Source of the DNA: Balanoglossus misakiensis | Taxonomy: Eukaryota > Animalia > Hemichordata | Reading direction: 5' to 3' | DNA: 64,000 bases | Assembly (NCBI GenBank): GCA_040954595.2 | Contig: CM082585.2 | Coordinates: 9,846,564-9,910,563, forward strand | Made by a program: the position numbers and the translations under genes | In this document: positions 1 to 13,326 of the stretch, piece by piece | Layout of the letters: each line of letters opens with the position of its first letter | Numbering within the stretch: position 1 is the first letter of the stretch | Notes under the pieces: generated by a model | Seen by the model: only the letters and a program-made list of their open reading frames with translations | The model's database searches: none | Told to the model about the DNA's origin: nothing

Positions 1-1822
1 TTGTGCCATGAAGCGAGTGACCAAATTGGTTGATTCCTAGATCAAATCGGTTCCCATGGCAACATAGTCGGTTTCCCTGGCAACCGTCACGGAGTGGGAG
101 GGGGGAATAGGAAATAGTTTTGAAAACCTATAAGTCACACATGACTGTCCCGCATGGGATGTGGTTAGGGCTGTAAAAAATCTTCCATTTGTTCTCGATG
201 ACAGTTTAAGGTTGAAACCTTTGTCATACACAGGTAGGATTGGAACCATCCATTATGAAGCTGAGACATAGGGGTGGACAGGGTCAAACTTCAAAACTTT
301 TACCTTCACCCCCAGATGATGAGCCATGTTGTAAATAGGTGTAATAAGAACCTCTTTAGCCGAGAATGCCTCCTAAATGTCAGGGTTTTAATTTATCAGC
401 ACTGTCCGGTTCACAAACGGGGATTTAACTTTTAAAAGATACACACACACGATACCGAAATAGACCGTTTATGTGGTTTACTGAAGCAAACATGTCAGGC
501 TGGGAGATAGATAATGGACTAGTGGGTTGCACTTTGCTCTCATATCAACCACATGAACTGGATCTTGGCAATGTTCAAAAACTCCATAGAAACGACCGGT
601 AGCCATCTTGGATTTTAAAATAATTCTGTGTTTGTCTTGTTTGGTTTTAGATGTTTTTTATCGAACAAATAGCAAACAATGTCATTCACATCAGTTGAAG
701 ATTGTAAATCATTCTCAGTCAGTACAGTACAATGTCAAAACTTTTTTCTGCAGTAGCGACAGTCACAGCGGACCTACTGTAGGGTGAGTAAGGTTACAAG
801 TCAGGTGTATTTCAATATGCAGACTACTCCAAACCATGGTCGGTTTTAAATCACCCACATTCCAGACTTCTTTTTAACTATTTCTGACAGCCACTCGAAT
901 AACGTTACCACACAAATCAGCTGGGTGTAACTCAGGTATCCCCGACAACGGTGACCCAATCAAAATTTGCTTAGTTACGGAACGGCACCGAGTCTGCCGA
1001 ATATAATGAGGACCGTTCATGAAGACTTGAGATTAAGGCCAGATTAGGCAAATTTGGTATAAATTACATGAACCTGGCAAAGTTTGACATAAATTGGCTA
1101 TAAATTGTGATCGAGTATCAGATAACGGGGCAGCATTCTAAATTTACTAAGTCACAGATATTTTAAGAAGTGCGCATAAAGGACATGTAATACCCTCTGA
1201 CTTTACACAGACTTATATATATAACTGGAACAAAACAAGCACCAACACGCACTCCTGGTTTTCTAACTGCAAATTCTTTTTTCGGAGAGCTATTTAGTTT
1301 CATTTGAGCATGAGTTTTCCAAAGTTTAGACAAGCTAGAATAAACAGAGGGCACCGCAGTGGGCTCTTTTTATCCGGCCTTTTATCCGGCCTGACATTTT
1401 GGAGGAATCGCAAGACAAGCGTCCCTGCACGTGTGCATTACTGGAGAAAAGTGAACACACACTGGCTTTATGCGATCATAATTGACATTTGTAGTCAATT
1501 CAGTGCTGTGAAGTGTATGAGAAGTATCAAATTTTTGACGCAAAATGTGCAGAAAATGATTTGGGCTTCCCTGATTTCGTTTGCACAGCACCAAATTACA
1601 CGTGTGCACAAGGGCCACCGAGCCTCCACTGACAAATACTAACACATGTACAGTTGTACGCAGATAAAAAACCCACCATACACACACTGGCACATAAGCG
1701 CTCAAAGACAAAGAAGCCTATTGAAGGATTAATGTCGTACAGTAAACTTCAGAAGGGGTACTCCAGAAAGGTCCAGTTTGACCTTGACAACGGGACAGAC
1801 ACATTCTCAGGTTGCTACTCAC

Positions 1823-1879
1823 CGAAGCACACTTGATGTCGTCTTCACACACTGTAGCACCATTTAGTCTTTGTAGTTG
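1823..1879 (-). CDS. ANOS1: Anosmin-1 coding exon 2 (QLQRLNGATVCEDDIKCAS); gene continues beyond the left edge
   Basis: 57-nt phase-0 exon with acceptor ttttcattgcag and donor gtgagt, in frame with exon 1. Its C-x5-C spacing matches vertebrate anosmin-1 NNGSLVWCQNHKQCSK (recalled sequence). Confidence 0.75.
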
Positions 1880-4800
1880 CTGCAATGAAAACAGAAAAAT
1901 TAACTTGTCATTTACTCTGGCAGACATGACGCCCGACGCATTTCACATGAACGAGAAATGTTGACGAGGGCGAGGCTGTAACTTTTAATATTTTTCTCAG
2001 CTCCTTTCTGTATGTGAACTAGAAGCGAAAAGTGCAACATTTTGAACGCTGCGTTCAATTATTTCACATCCAGTAAAAGAAAGATACTGAGCATTAAAAA
2101 GAACACCAGTCCATAAACGATGTCAAAGCACCAAGAAATCATCTAGCATTCCCTATGGGAATAGGTGTATGTAGTGTATACATGTATAGCATATCTAGTA
2201 TTCAGTTCAGCAGAACTGTATGTAATACATCATGAACAATCCAGGATCAGTTGCACTCAACTTCTTTTCTTTTCTTTTGGCAAGAAATAAATGTCGGGCT
2301 CCATTCGTGATAAATCTTAAATGCTTTCTTTTGACGGAGAGTCACCATGTGCCTGTTGGCCAAATTCGCTCCTGTATGCGTGTGTCGGGTGAAATACGGA
2401 CTGAAAGGTGCTGGGTCATGAACACGACTTTTTTTACGACATATGTGAGCGCAATAAGATTGGCAACTTTCTGGTCAACATTCACTAGACACAAACACTT
2501 CATCTGACAGAAGGAAAAAAAAACTCTGCACAGACGTTTCCAATTTGCACATGGTTTCTGTAGTGGCGTGCAAACAGGCAGCTCGACGCACGCAACAATG
2601 CAACCACAGAAAGTCGGTATCAACTCTGTAGAATTCACCCGACAGACGATGACAGCTTCCTGCCAATGTTGCAAAGTCAGAAGGACTTTGATTACCAAGA
2701 ATCAACTACCTGTTCACTTTAGAACTCAAAGAGGCTGTCAGTTGAGATTAAGAGTACCACTTTGCAGAAACTCGTGGTGGAACGCTCATAAACTCCTCTG
2801 CTATGGCTGAATACCAGTCATCCAACAATTATTAGTTTTCCGATATTTTTTAACCACCTCGTAACATTTTACTCCCCCTTCCAACCCCCTCACCCTCTCT
2901 TCCTTCACCAGTCTCTTTTGTTTCATTCATTTTCTGTCACATTCTTGCAACTGCACCTTTCTCCATTGTCTGAAACAGAGGAGAAGCTCCCCAGACGATC
3001 AGTACTTGAAAAACCTGGCGTAAATCTCGGGTACTGTCAGGGGAGTGATGCAGCGATCTGAAAAGACCAATTGGGGATTTCTTTTGTAGTCTTCTCCTTC
3101 TTGTTAATTGTCTTCAAGAAATCCTTTCCCTGAGAACCTTGAAACAAGTGAATCACTCTGGTATGATAAGTAGCTGGCATTCTTTTCATGGGATCCAGCT
3201 TTTCTTTCCTCTCTTCCATATTTGTTTTTCTCATGTATATTGTCTGTTTAACGAGAACATCATAAATACTAAGCTTCTCAATTAAGAATAACTGTTAATC
3301 GATCTTTGAAAACTATGGGCAAAAGAGGTCTCCTTTCTATACTTCTTTTATCAACAATTGTTTCACTTTCATAAAGACCAGATGAGACATGAATAATAAA
3401 ACGGAGAATCGCCTTAGAATCTGGCACATGTTCAAGTCGCAGAATTTACCGTCTTGACAAATCTGGCCATTTTCTCAAGATACTGGCATTGTCTACGCTA
3501 ATTAGACAATGCAGTCCCAATGATCTCCCCGGCAGATTAAACCTCACAGCACCTGGGCATTGCCATGGAAACAATGGAAAGGTATCCCAGATTTTGCCCC
3601 GTAATGCTCCAAATCTGCTCTCTGTCTCCCACCCCCATTGTGGGCCGAGCTGGTGACTGCAGTCAAAACCTACAATGTAAACTGGGATAATTCCATGTGG
3701 GTTTTTTGGACAGGACTTGACAACCCAAAGACGGGGACAAAGAAATTCATTACTCATTGTCGCAGGTGAATGTCTGACATGACAGCGCTTTAATTCTCCC
3801 ACTCATCCTCACCAATTCAAATGCTCCCTCTAATCGCTAATTTGCCAGCCAGAAATGAACAGGGTATAGTTATCGCGCAGAAAAAACACAAAGGTGGCAC
3901 CGTTGTTGCGATTGTCTGCCAGAACCAAAACAGAATACCATGGGATTAAGTTTATGTCACCGCCATTGCATAACGCCAGGCCATCCAAGACAGCGTGAAG
4001 AAGCAACACCAATTGTGCGCATACTTTTGAAGACCAGTTTGTGCATACTTTCGGAGTTCTCCAACAGACAAAACGTATTCCTCCCAGGCCAGCCATAAAG
4101 TCCCCCTTTCTCAAGGTTGTCTAATAATTCGGAAGTCCTCTCTGTTGCCCCGGGGCGTTTTTCTGATAATTTGTTTTCTCTGCGTGATCATTTGAGGGAT
4201 TCTCTTCACAGAGATAGACCGTGCCCGTAGGACGTATTCACGGGCCAAAACTTTAACTGTGTCTGCTCTAGCGTGCAGAATGGCAACTGCAGGCCCACGA
4301 CTGCAAAAAGTGAATCAATTAAAATAGCAACAGACCGCCCGAACGTCTCTTCATAGCTCTTCAAGAAGATGACTCAAGCTGTATTAGAATCACAAGCAAA
4401 CAGAAACACCAAGTTTAACATCCAGCTCTAACATTTGGCTTTATAATTCAAAGGAGGAGAGAAAAAGAGCATCTTTCTCTGACTGTTCCCACCAAGCCAA
4501 TATGGCCGACCCGTAATAATTCAAAATGATTTTTTTTTCTATCTGCAGTGCAATTACAAATTGACAGGCTTGGAAACTTCAATTAATCCTCAGCTTGACT
4601 CAACGAATCACAAAGTATGATATCGGATAGTGGACAGACCGGCGCGAATACCTCTATATTGCACTCCTGCACGCATGGTGGCTTCCCATCGCCCCCGACG
4701 ACGTCTTGAACATGGACAAAGAAAAGCAAGAGAGAGACAATGGCAGATGGAGAATAGACTCGCCTCTCGACACAAGGGAGTAAAAGGAGCTCGTAAACTG

Positions 4801-5419
4801 CTTCTCCGCTTTGCACCTCTGCTCGCCAATACTTCCATGATGCCCATTCACCATTTCATGTTGCTCACATAAAAATTCAAATGAGAGTCTTCAAAGATGG
4901 CGGAGCACAATGCGCGCTTTGTCAGCATTTTTACTTTATATTCTCGTGGCATACAGGTGATAAACGTGACCGTTCTCTTAACTTTCCTCGCTTTAACTAC
5001 CCTAATCATGGATAGCGCGCTGGATTTCTTTTCAAGCACTGGTACTCAAAAGGGTTCTGATTCATGTTGATCTCTGTATCAAATCAAATTTCGAGCAATA
5101 TTCGTTATTGAATGCAATTTGCTCAAATTTCATGCACAATTAAGAGTCTTTTCATTACTTTTGTCACTTCAAGCAAGCCATCTTTTTCAGTAGTGAATAC
5201 TTCTGAATTCATAGACAAGGTTACTGGCATACAGACATACAAACATACACATACACACATGGACATATTCTCTGTCATGTCAGAGCTTGGAGGCAGACAC
5301 CTTTCTCATTATGCCGCATAACCGGCTTACAGTGATTAGTCTGTGTGTTTGCCGATGCTCTGGGACATCCCTAAAGGAAGCACTATTGAAATCGAGATTT
5401 AATTTACAGAGGGTAGTGA

Positions 5420-5632
5420 GTGGGAATTCAAAATGGCCGCCAATGTCTGCCATCCCTATGGGGGAAAATGTGGATTGTCCTTATTTTTTTGCATGAACTC
5501 CAATTTTTATTCTCAAGAACATTTTGCATGGTGACCCCCAATTTTTATTCTCAAGAACAATCTAAAGTAGTTATGAGCAAAAAATGAGAAAAAGTTCCGG
5601 TCTTTGATTTTCAAGGCACGTACCACCTTAAA
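5420..5632. mobile_element. Non-autonomous DNA transposon (MITE-like) fragment
   Basis: Contains aaaatggccgcc...ccctatggggg and ends ...cgtaccaccttaa (TTAA end). Has an internal ~35-bp tandem duplication (ccaatttttattctcaagaac x2). A similar core motif recurs near 17590. Confidence 0.45.
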
Positions 5633-8600
5633 AGGGGTTGTGCAACTCACTAGTCTGTAACTTTTGATATGTCTTGTCAATATTTTATGTGACATGCACT
5701 AGATGCCAAAGAGCAAGCCACTCAACTTGATAGGTAGCCTACTTCTGTTGCAAACTACTCGACTCGCGTCCTGGTGACGGAAACTAAGGTGGGAGTTTAC
5801 TTGCCACCAAAAATGTGTTGCTTTTTCTCAGAAATTTTGACATGCATGTAGTCTGGCATGCTTTACAATGGGGCATCCACAGTAGAAACTGGCTTCTCCA
5901 GCTTTATGTGGAAAGAGACCAGGTTTGCAGTTTCATGGACATTTTTGACGTCAACTGAAATTGAGCTTTTGCTAGGGTAGACTGTCAGTAATATCATTTC
6001 TGGATTGGTTTTTGAAACAAAAAGGGTTTCATGTCACTGCTAGGGAACCGCATATATTTGCATATGTAATTTGATTTCTGGCCTGTGCAGACATTACATC
6101 ATCAGTAACCACACAAGCCGGAATATTGAACGTGAGATGCAGTTAAAAAATATCAGATAATGAGACATCGCTGACCACACAGATAGGCCAATTCTGACTG
6201 GCCGTGTCTAGTGTATGTTTACAGGCAAATTCAATGGCACTACCGCAAAAATGTCATCGCAAATGGACGCATATAACCGTAATTTAACCACATCAAATTC
6301 CATAGTTGAGTTGACCCGCACACTGAGTATGGCGTACAACTGAAATGATCACCCCATATAATATTAACTCTGCAAATTCCCTAAAACCTCTGAGCAGTCT
6401 TTTCAAAAGATAAAATTCTCTGTGTGCACACCATGAATGTGTCTTTTCTTTCCTCGGGCGATTTCAAACTTGTCAAATATTTCAGGGAGGACACCCAAAA
6501 ACATTTAAGCTTTGAATTGCTGTTTGCCATGACAACCCAATATAGGCAGAGCTTGCTATTTTTTTCTTCACAGTTGCACTGTAGTATTCTACAATTTTAT
6601 TAATTTATGCAAAGTTTGCAATATTTAGTTTAGACATCAACAAAACCAGACTGGTTCCCATTCTGCTATCTCCATGGCGACTGGTGAGACTTATACTGTT
6701 GCAAGACCATGCAACCATGTTAAAAGGTACACCGCTGGACTCCATTTCACACCGAAATTCCAAAGCCTGTTCCGCCTTCTTAAAAACCTGGCAATACTAT
6801 CGCTATTCTCAAATTAAAATTCTTTATTTCAGATTACACCTGCCAATATTATCACACAGCCAATCAAGAAACACCCCAGCACCCCCCCCCCCCCAAAAAA
6901 AAAAAAAATCCACAAAGAAAACTTGTCTGTTACTGATACGACCGAATCTTCAAAGCAAACCATTTGGCACTGGTCATTAAAAATTGATAAGCCCCACTCA
7001 TGGACTTGTAATTGATCTAAGTCCAAACGCCGACACTTTTTTAAAGCTCAGCCGGGACAGCTAACCTACGACCTAGCAACCAGGTGTAATCATTCCTCTG
7101 CAGACTAAACACTTGGCTTTACAAACCTGACTCTAGGTGTGGATTGCCTAATTTGGCTGAAATTACGACTGCTAATTAGGACAAATCCCACTAAAAAATT
7201 TACCACAGTCTGCCAGAGATTCCACACACAATAGAGCTCGACAAACTTAAACTTTCCAAATTCTTTTGTCGGTGGGATCAACCTGGATTTCATCCAGACA
7301 AGGCAATACGATTCATTCAATCAAAGACGACGCAGTTTTATTTTATTATTTCATAGCTGTTTTGTAACTGGAAAGAAATTCCACAAAACATACCGCGCCA
7401 AACTGCATTATTTAGTACACTGCATGTATATAAATTTTACAAGAAGCAGACTTCGCTTTGTACTGTACAAAGGTATCCAAGCACCACCACCCAGTAAGAA
7501 AAGTAGCTCTAATATAAATATTTGAAATACTAAATTAACAATATTTTTTACTTTTCTGTTGAACATATCCCAACATTTCTTCCTGAAGTTATTTTAAATC
7601 AACACAGTCTAACAGAAGTCCCGACAAGCTAAGGTATGAAACAGAAAATTCAAAATTCCTTTGAACAAAGGAGATTAATCTTTCAGCACAGACTCTATGG
7701 TATGTAGGTCGGTCGTTGTAACTGATAAAGTTTTAAACTTGACAGGTTTTTTTTTGGCACTTCTTATCATCGCAATCAGTCCCATCACTACCACTGACTT
7801 TGTGGAGCAAATTTTCCGCGCTGTATACAAATTGAGCCTAGTTAAGTCTCTCTTTTAGGTTTAGACTCATAAAAAAAAACCAACAGACATAAACTTTTAT
7901 CCCTGGTCAGGGCACAATGTAACAACAGTAATGATGTTGCTCTCCATACACACAGGGTTTGGTGAGTCTTTGACAGAACAGAACTTTCTCTGTCTTTTGA
8001 CACGTATGTTTTCATTACGGAATTTTTATGCCTCACATAAAGTTTGTCTGGGGCCATACCGAGGAAATAAAAACAATAAGAGGAGAAATAATGGAGTGAC
8101 CTTCACTAAATATTATCTGTAATCGACTGCCCAGACCATACTCATGAGGTCTTCAAAATTTAATGCCCCAACTTTTCTGGTGGTGGTCTAAACTTTCAGA
8201 ACACTATACTTTTCAGGGAAAGATTTCCACACAAAATTGATCGTTTTTTTTTTTTTTGCTATTTCACATGGCTCAAATCAGTAAAGTCAACAGAACAAAG
8301 GAAATTGGCACAAAACTGAACTTACCAAGAATGAATACACTCTCACACAGCAAAAAGTATTTTATTTTTACCAAGAACAGATTAAAAAGTTAAAAGAATT
8401 CCTTTAAAAGTTTAACTAAAACTTAGCTTAACATGTATAGCTTACCACTCAAAAGTTTTTGCTCAAAATAAAGTGAGAATACATCCTTTAGAATGTCTGA
8501 CAAAACCTAAACCTGTGCTAATAATGAGGTCGATGATTGCGTGTTTATTTTTTCTTACGGTCGACTTCAATCGTCCGCAGAGTGATGAAACCACGATTAG

Positions 8601-10063
8601 ATCTAATAGATTACTGACCACACGCAGCTAAATCAGCGGGCGAAACCGCAAAAGTTCCAGGCACCATTTAGTTACAAAACAATCAACGCAATCCGGCAAC
8701 ACTGTTGCCAAATTGTTAATAAACATTGCAAACTTTGCCTTTTAATAGTGAAATATACAAATGGGGTTCTGGATCCTGGAATATGGATCAAGTCCCCGGC
8801 GCATTCCGATGCACGTTTTTTAAAACTTTAAGATCTTCTCCGCTATCCGATTGTTTCAATGTCGCAGTATTTGCATATGTGACATGACTGAAGACACGTA
8901 CGTACACAAGACCACGCTGCGAGCGGCGGTTGCATTGTTTGACAAGTAACTGTTGTCTTTTCGCGTAAATTTAATTATCTAACCCCCCGCGCAAATCTGG
9001 CACACATTCGGGGCACGCTGACAATTCCGAAATCCTAGTATTGGCAAATAATTTCCGGTGCAAAGGTCGACCTTATCACACAGTTAACATTTACGGGGCC
9101 TGTGATGGATTACTAGAATCTCCATTATGTTAGATATCCCCCAAGTCTCAAAATAATTTCGCTTGGTGACGGTTCCCTTCCTTGAAAAAGTTCAGCACAA
9201 AGCGAAACCCCTCTCTCCTTTAACGGGAATCCCCCCTTTGGAAAATTCCGCTGATCTCTGTACATATATTTGATAAGCACGTAGGCCGTGGTGGTACCTA
9301 GCTACGTGCGGTGTGTGAATTAATTGCCAAATTTAGAAGTGACACATTTAGAGGTGTTCGCTGTTCAGGCCACCCGGTTGAAATCGCTGCGGCGGCACTT
9401 TATATTGAATCTCTATTACTCTACCACTGATCCCATACTGAGTGACTTTCCCAATAAAACTGTAAGAGATCGGACCGAACACGGCACTTGGATCGGGACG
9501 AATATACGTTGGCGCGTTTGACCCTGACACTCCAAAAGCAGAATGACTTTACTAAATGTCACCCCTGAAAAACGGGCTGACCTTAGCCCATTGATATAAA
9601 AGTCTTTTAAACCTTTCCCGAAACTTCGTGAGATAGGACACCAAGCGATGGCCGCTGGTTGTTTTAAAGTGCATTGGGGGAAGCTGTGAAAAGGTCGAAG
9701 GCGGCTACCCTGGGGACTGTCGGATATATCCGGTGAATTTTCCACGCAAGGACAACTGGAAAATCCTCACACACAGCGTGCACTGTGAACGAACATGGCC
9801 GTAGTTGTAAACATACAGCTAGCCATGCAGTGTACACACACAGTCGCAAACCCTCAACATTTCCAATTCCGCGATTTCTGACATAAAACACACCGTTTTC
9901 CACCAGATCGGTGATCAGGAACTGACCCCACAAGCCACAGTTATTCCCCGTGGTTTTGAATATTTCCGATTTTCGTTTCAATTACGATAAAATCTGTGAT
10001 CGGGTAACCGAACGGTCGACATGAAAACGGTGTAACGTTACATTCATATACGTATATACTCAC

Positions 10064-10189
10064 GTGTGAATGCAGGGTTAAGCACCTCGATTTACACCGC
10101 GCTTGTAAAATCGCCTCGTCCATTTCGGCAAAACACAAAGTCACTGGAAGGACTAGTACCAGAAGCACAAAAAGTAAATAATCAGCCAT
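10064..10189 (-). CDS. ANOS1: Anosmin-1 (Kallmann syndrome protein) coding exon 1: signal peptide plus start of the Cys-rich domain
   Basis: MADYLLFVLLVLVLPVTLCFAEMDEAILQARCKSRCLTLHSH followed by donor gtgagt. A hydrophobic signal peptide precedes ARCKSRCLTLH, which resembles human ANOS1 ARCASRCLSLQ. Confidence 0.8.
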
Positions 10190-13100
10190 TCTGAGAGTCA
10201 ATCTTCGGGAGATCAAAAAGGTTTCTTCGAGTGGCTGGGTTCTCCCCGCTGTACAACGGCCTGGCTCAAAAAGACCCGTGTCGAAATCAGCTGTAGATTG
10301 GGAGTTGCTTACTCTGTCCGATGGGGGTGGTCGACTCCTTCGCTGAGGGACGGTCAGTTCTCTTTACAATTCAATCGCACTGGCATTTAGGATATGAATG
10401 TCATCCCCAACTCGAAATCTTAAGAAACGGTTTTCTCTCATTGGCAGAAATCTATCGGGTGAATAAAGAAAAATCGTCTACAGTGGAGAAAAACTTTCTG
10501 AATATGGTGTATTGTTGCAGATAACTGAGGCGAAATAGTCGCCCACGTTACACAAAAGAAGGCCTGTGGAAATAGAACTCGGATATAACTATTGTACAAT
10601 GTATATCATGTATATGGGGGCTGAATTCAATTTAAATAAATTAGCATAACAAGGCACATAATCCCAAATTCCCTCTCCTGCACTCTCACTTGCTCTTCCG
10701 TTCACCGCGACACCTCCCCCAAGTGTCAGCCCGTCTCCAGGGCAAAACGCATTCCTGTTCCGCAGGTACGCAACCAGGCTTGCGGTTGTCAAAATGCGGG
10801 CATGTCTGCCATATTATTAATCGTGTATATAAATCACTATTCAGCATTGTTAAAAAGCGTGAAAAATACCTTGGTGGAGCGGTTCAGTTGATTTCCATAA
10901 TTTCCCCCAAAAGAGCATTCTGAGGCAGACTTCATTGCTTTTTTATGTATATACAAGATTCACCTCTTAAAATGTGTCTAATATTAAAAATTGAACGCCT
11001 TCAGGTAATCCTAACGCTTGTTATATCAAAATGAACCCAAACTGCAGTGAAATATTTTATAAAGCAGAATCCAAGTTTTTCCCGATTGCAATTTCTTTCC
11101 ATGCAAAGCACAATGTGCGGGCATCACAAGATAGATCCACCCCTCCGGCAGGGAGTTTTAAATTGTTGCAAACTGTTTGGTGTGTCGAATGACACGGGTA
11201 TTTCGCAACTGCATAGCCTTCAATGGATCTTTTTACCGGACGCAACGACCCGCAACTGCCCAGTAACATATGGTACACGCATGGGTCGTCATCTGCAAGC
11301 TTAATTTTAAACCACGTGACAGGTTGGCCGGAGAGAGCGTCAGATTCAATAATATTTCTGGCACGTGCGTTTTGACCATGGGATTAATATATTTAGATTC
11401 TCGCAGAGGGGGGCTCAGGGTTACCAAAGCCCCTGTCATGATTATCAAATGCGCGTAGAATAAATCATTTCATATGACTTGCTATAGGTTTTGCCCACCA
11501 AATTAAAAATCTTAAAATGTCACTCGCAGCATGCAATTATTTATGCACAATATATGTTTATAAGTAAACCTATTTATACTATGTTTATTAGTGAAAAAGA
11601 GAAAGGTTTGCTGACCATCTTCAGTTTTATCGTTTCACTAATCACGTGAGTGTTTCTATGGCTCCGTAAACTGAAGGCCACGCTTATGTAATGACATTGC
11701 GAGTCCATTATGTTACGTGTTGAACTTGACGGATCGATTTCACATAAGTGTTATAAAAAGCATATTCACGTCTCTGCGTATAGGTACAATAACCATATAC
11801 ATTTGTTTCAAAGTAAAAATCCATTAGCTTTAATTTGCAAAGATGCGCGTCTACCGAAACTTTCACTCTCATCACTTGAACTTCCAGCGCATGCGTTCAC
11901 GCCCTAGTCCACTGAATAACCTCTCTCTTCGCACCCTTGTCCTACAAACAGTGACACCTGACACATTCATGGTAATCCCGCTTTGCTATTCTTGGAACAA
12001 ATAAGACCCATTGAAAGAGATATATTTGCGCGGGCCTCTTGCTTTTGAATTAAGTTTGTCACCCCCACTTCCCCGACTATTTTAGCATCCTGTCACACTA
12101 CCATCTATGCTTTCATACTGAACAGGGGAATTGGTCATCTAAGTTTCAAACTGTTGTGTCCACCCGGAGCCCCCTCCCCCCCCCCCCTTTGAGTCGCCGG
12201 GGGACTGAAAGAACACACAAGCTCCGGTGACGCCATTTTCCTGTCTTGGCGTCAGTATAAATGGAAAAGACGTCGCCAAAAATGTTCTGGCGGGCCGACG
12301 CCGTTCCAAAGTGGGACATTATTTGGTGATTTATGGAGAAGATACCAACTCAAGCGACGCTTGCTGGCGGAGACAATTATAAGGCCGGTGGCGACCGGAT
12401 GCACATGGTCACCTTTAAAGATGCTATGAAAACATCAATAATTTTTGGATGGTTTTTACCGATAGTGCACACGCCGCGCACCTGTTCACGGTTCCACAAA
12501 GAAAATGTTATACCAATTGTATAAACCCAGTCAGAAGAGAGAAACTTGCAAAGAGAAGGGGGGCAAATTGGAAAGAACAGTGATACCTGTAACAGACACC
12601 TGGTCTTTAATACAACAGTTCTTAAATGTAATAAGAGCCCTATACGTATTCCCCCAAGTGACCATGGTGCAAAAATAACAGAATTCGCTCTCACTGACAT
12701 CTCAGTGAACATTCTCGATAAAAAAAGAAAACACTGAAGGATGAGCTGCTTTGGTCCAAATTTTGAACAAAGGGATTTGTAAGATACTTGTCTCGCTCGG
12801 ACGGTTTCCAAATGTGATGTAGAGATAAAGAGGGTATGCTTTCTTTAGGCTGTGGCGTTATGGATCGGGACCGGGCACGTGGCATTTTAATTAAGTTTAC
12901 CTGTGCCTAAAGGCGACGGTAAAAACGGCAGGTGTTTCGGCTGCTGACCTTTGACACGAAGTCGGGTTGATTTGCCGTCACGCAGACGACAGGTACCCTA
13001 GGTTGCGCTTAACTTCGTTTTATCGCCCTGTCACCAATCAAGCATCTTCACGTCGCACTGTGAATAGATTTCGCATAGCGACCGACATCGTGTACGGATG

Positions 13101-13282
13101 CAGCAATGCGAGTCTTCTAATTGAAAACGTGGCTTGCACATTTGAGTGGAGGAGAGAAAAACGAACGAGTCGAGTCACTTTTTGTGAAAATTTGAAATAG
13201 ATACTTCATATCGACAATTTAAACCAGCCACTTGACATTCAAAGTTACTGGTCGCGTCATCATATAAGAGCGGGTGCCAGGA

Positions 13283-13326
13283 AGAGAGGGAGGGAGGGAG
13301 GGAGAGAGAGAGAAGAGAGAGAGAGA
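13283..13326. repeat. (GGGA)n/(GA)n purine microsatellite
   Basis: gagagggagggagggagggagagagagagaagagagagagaga. Confidence 0.85.
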
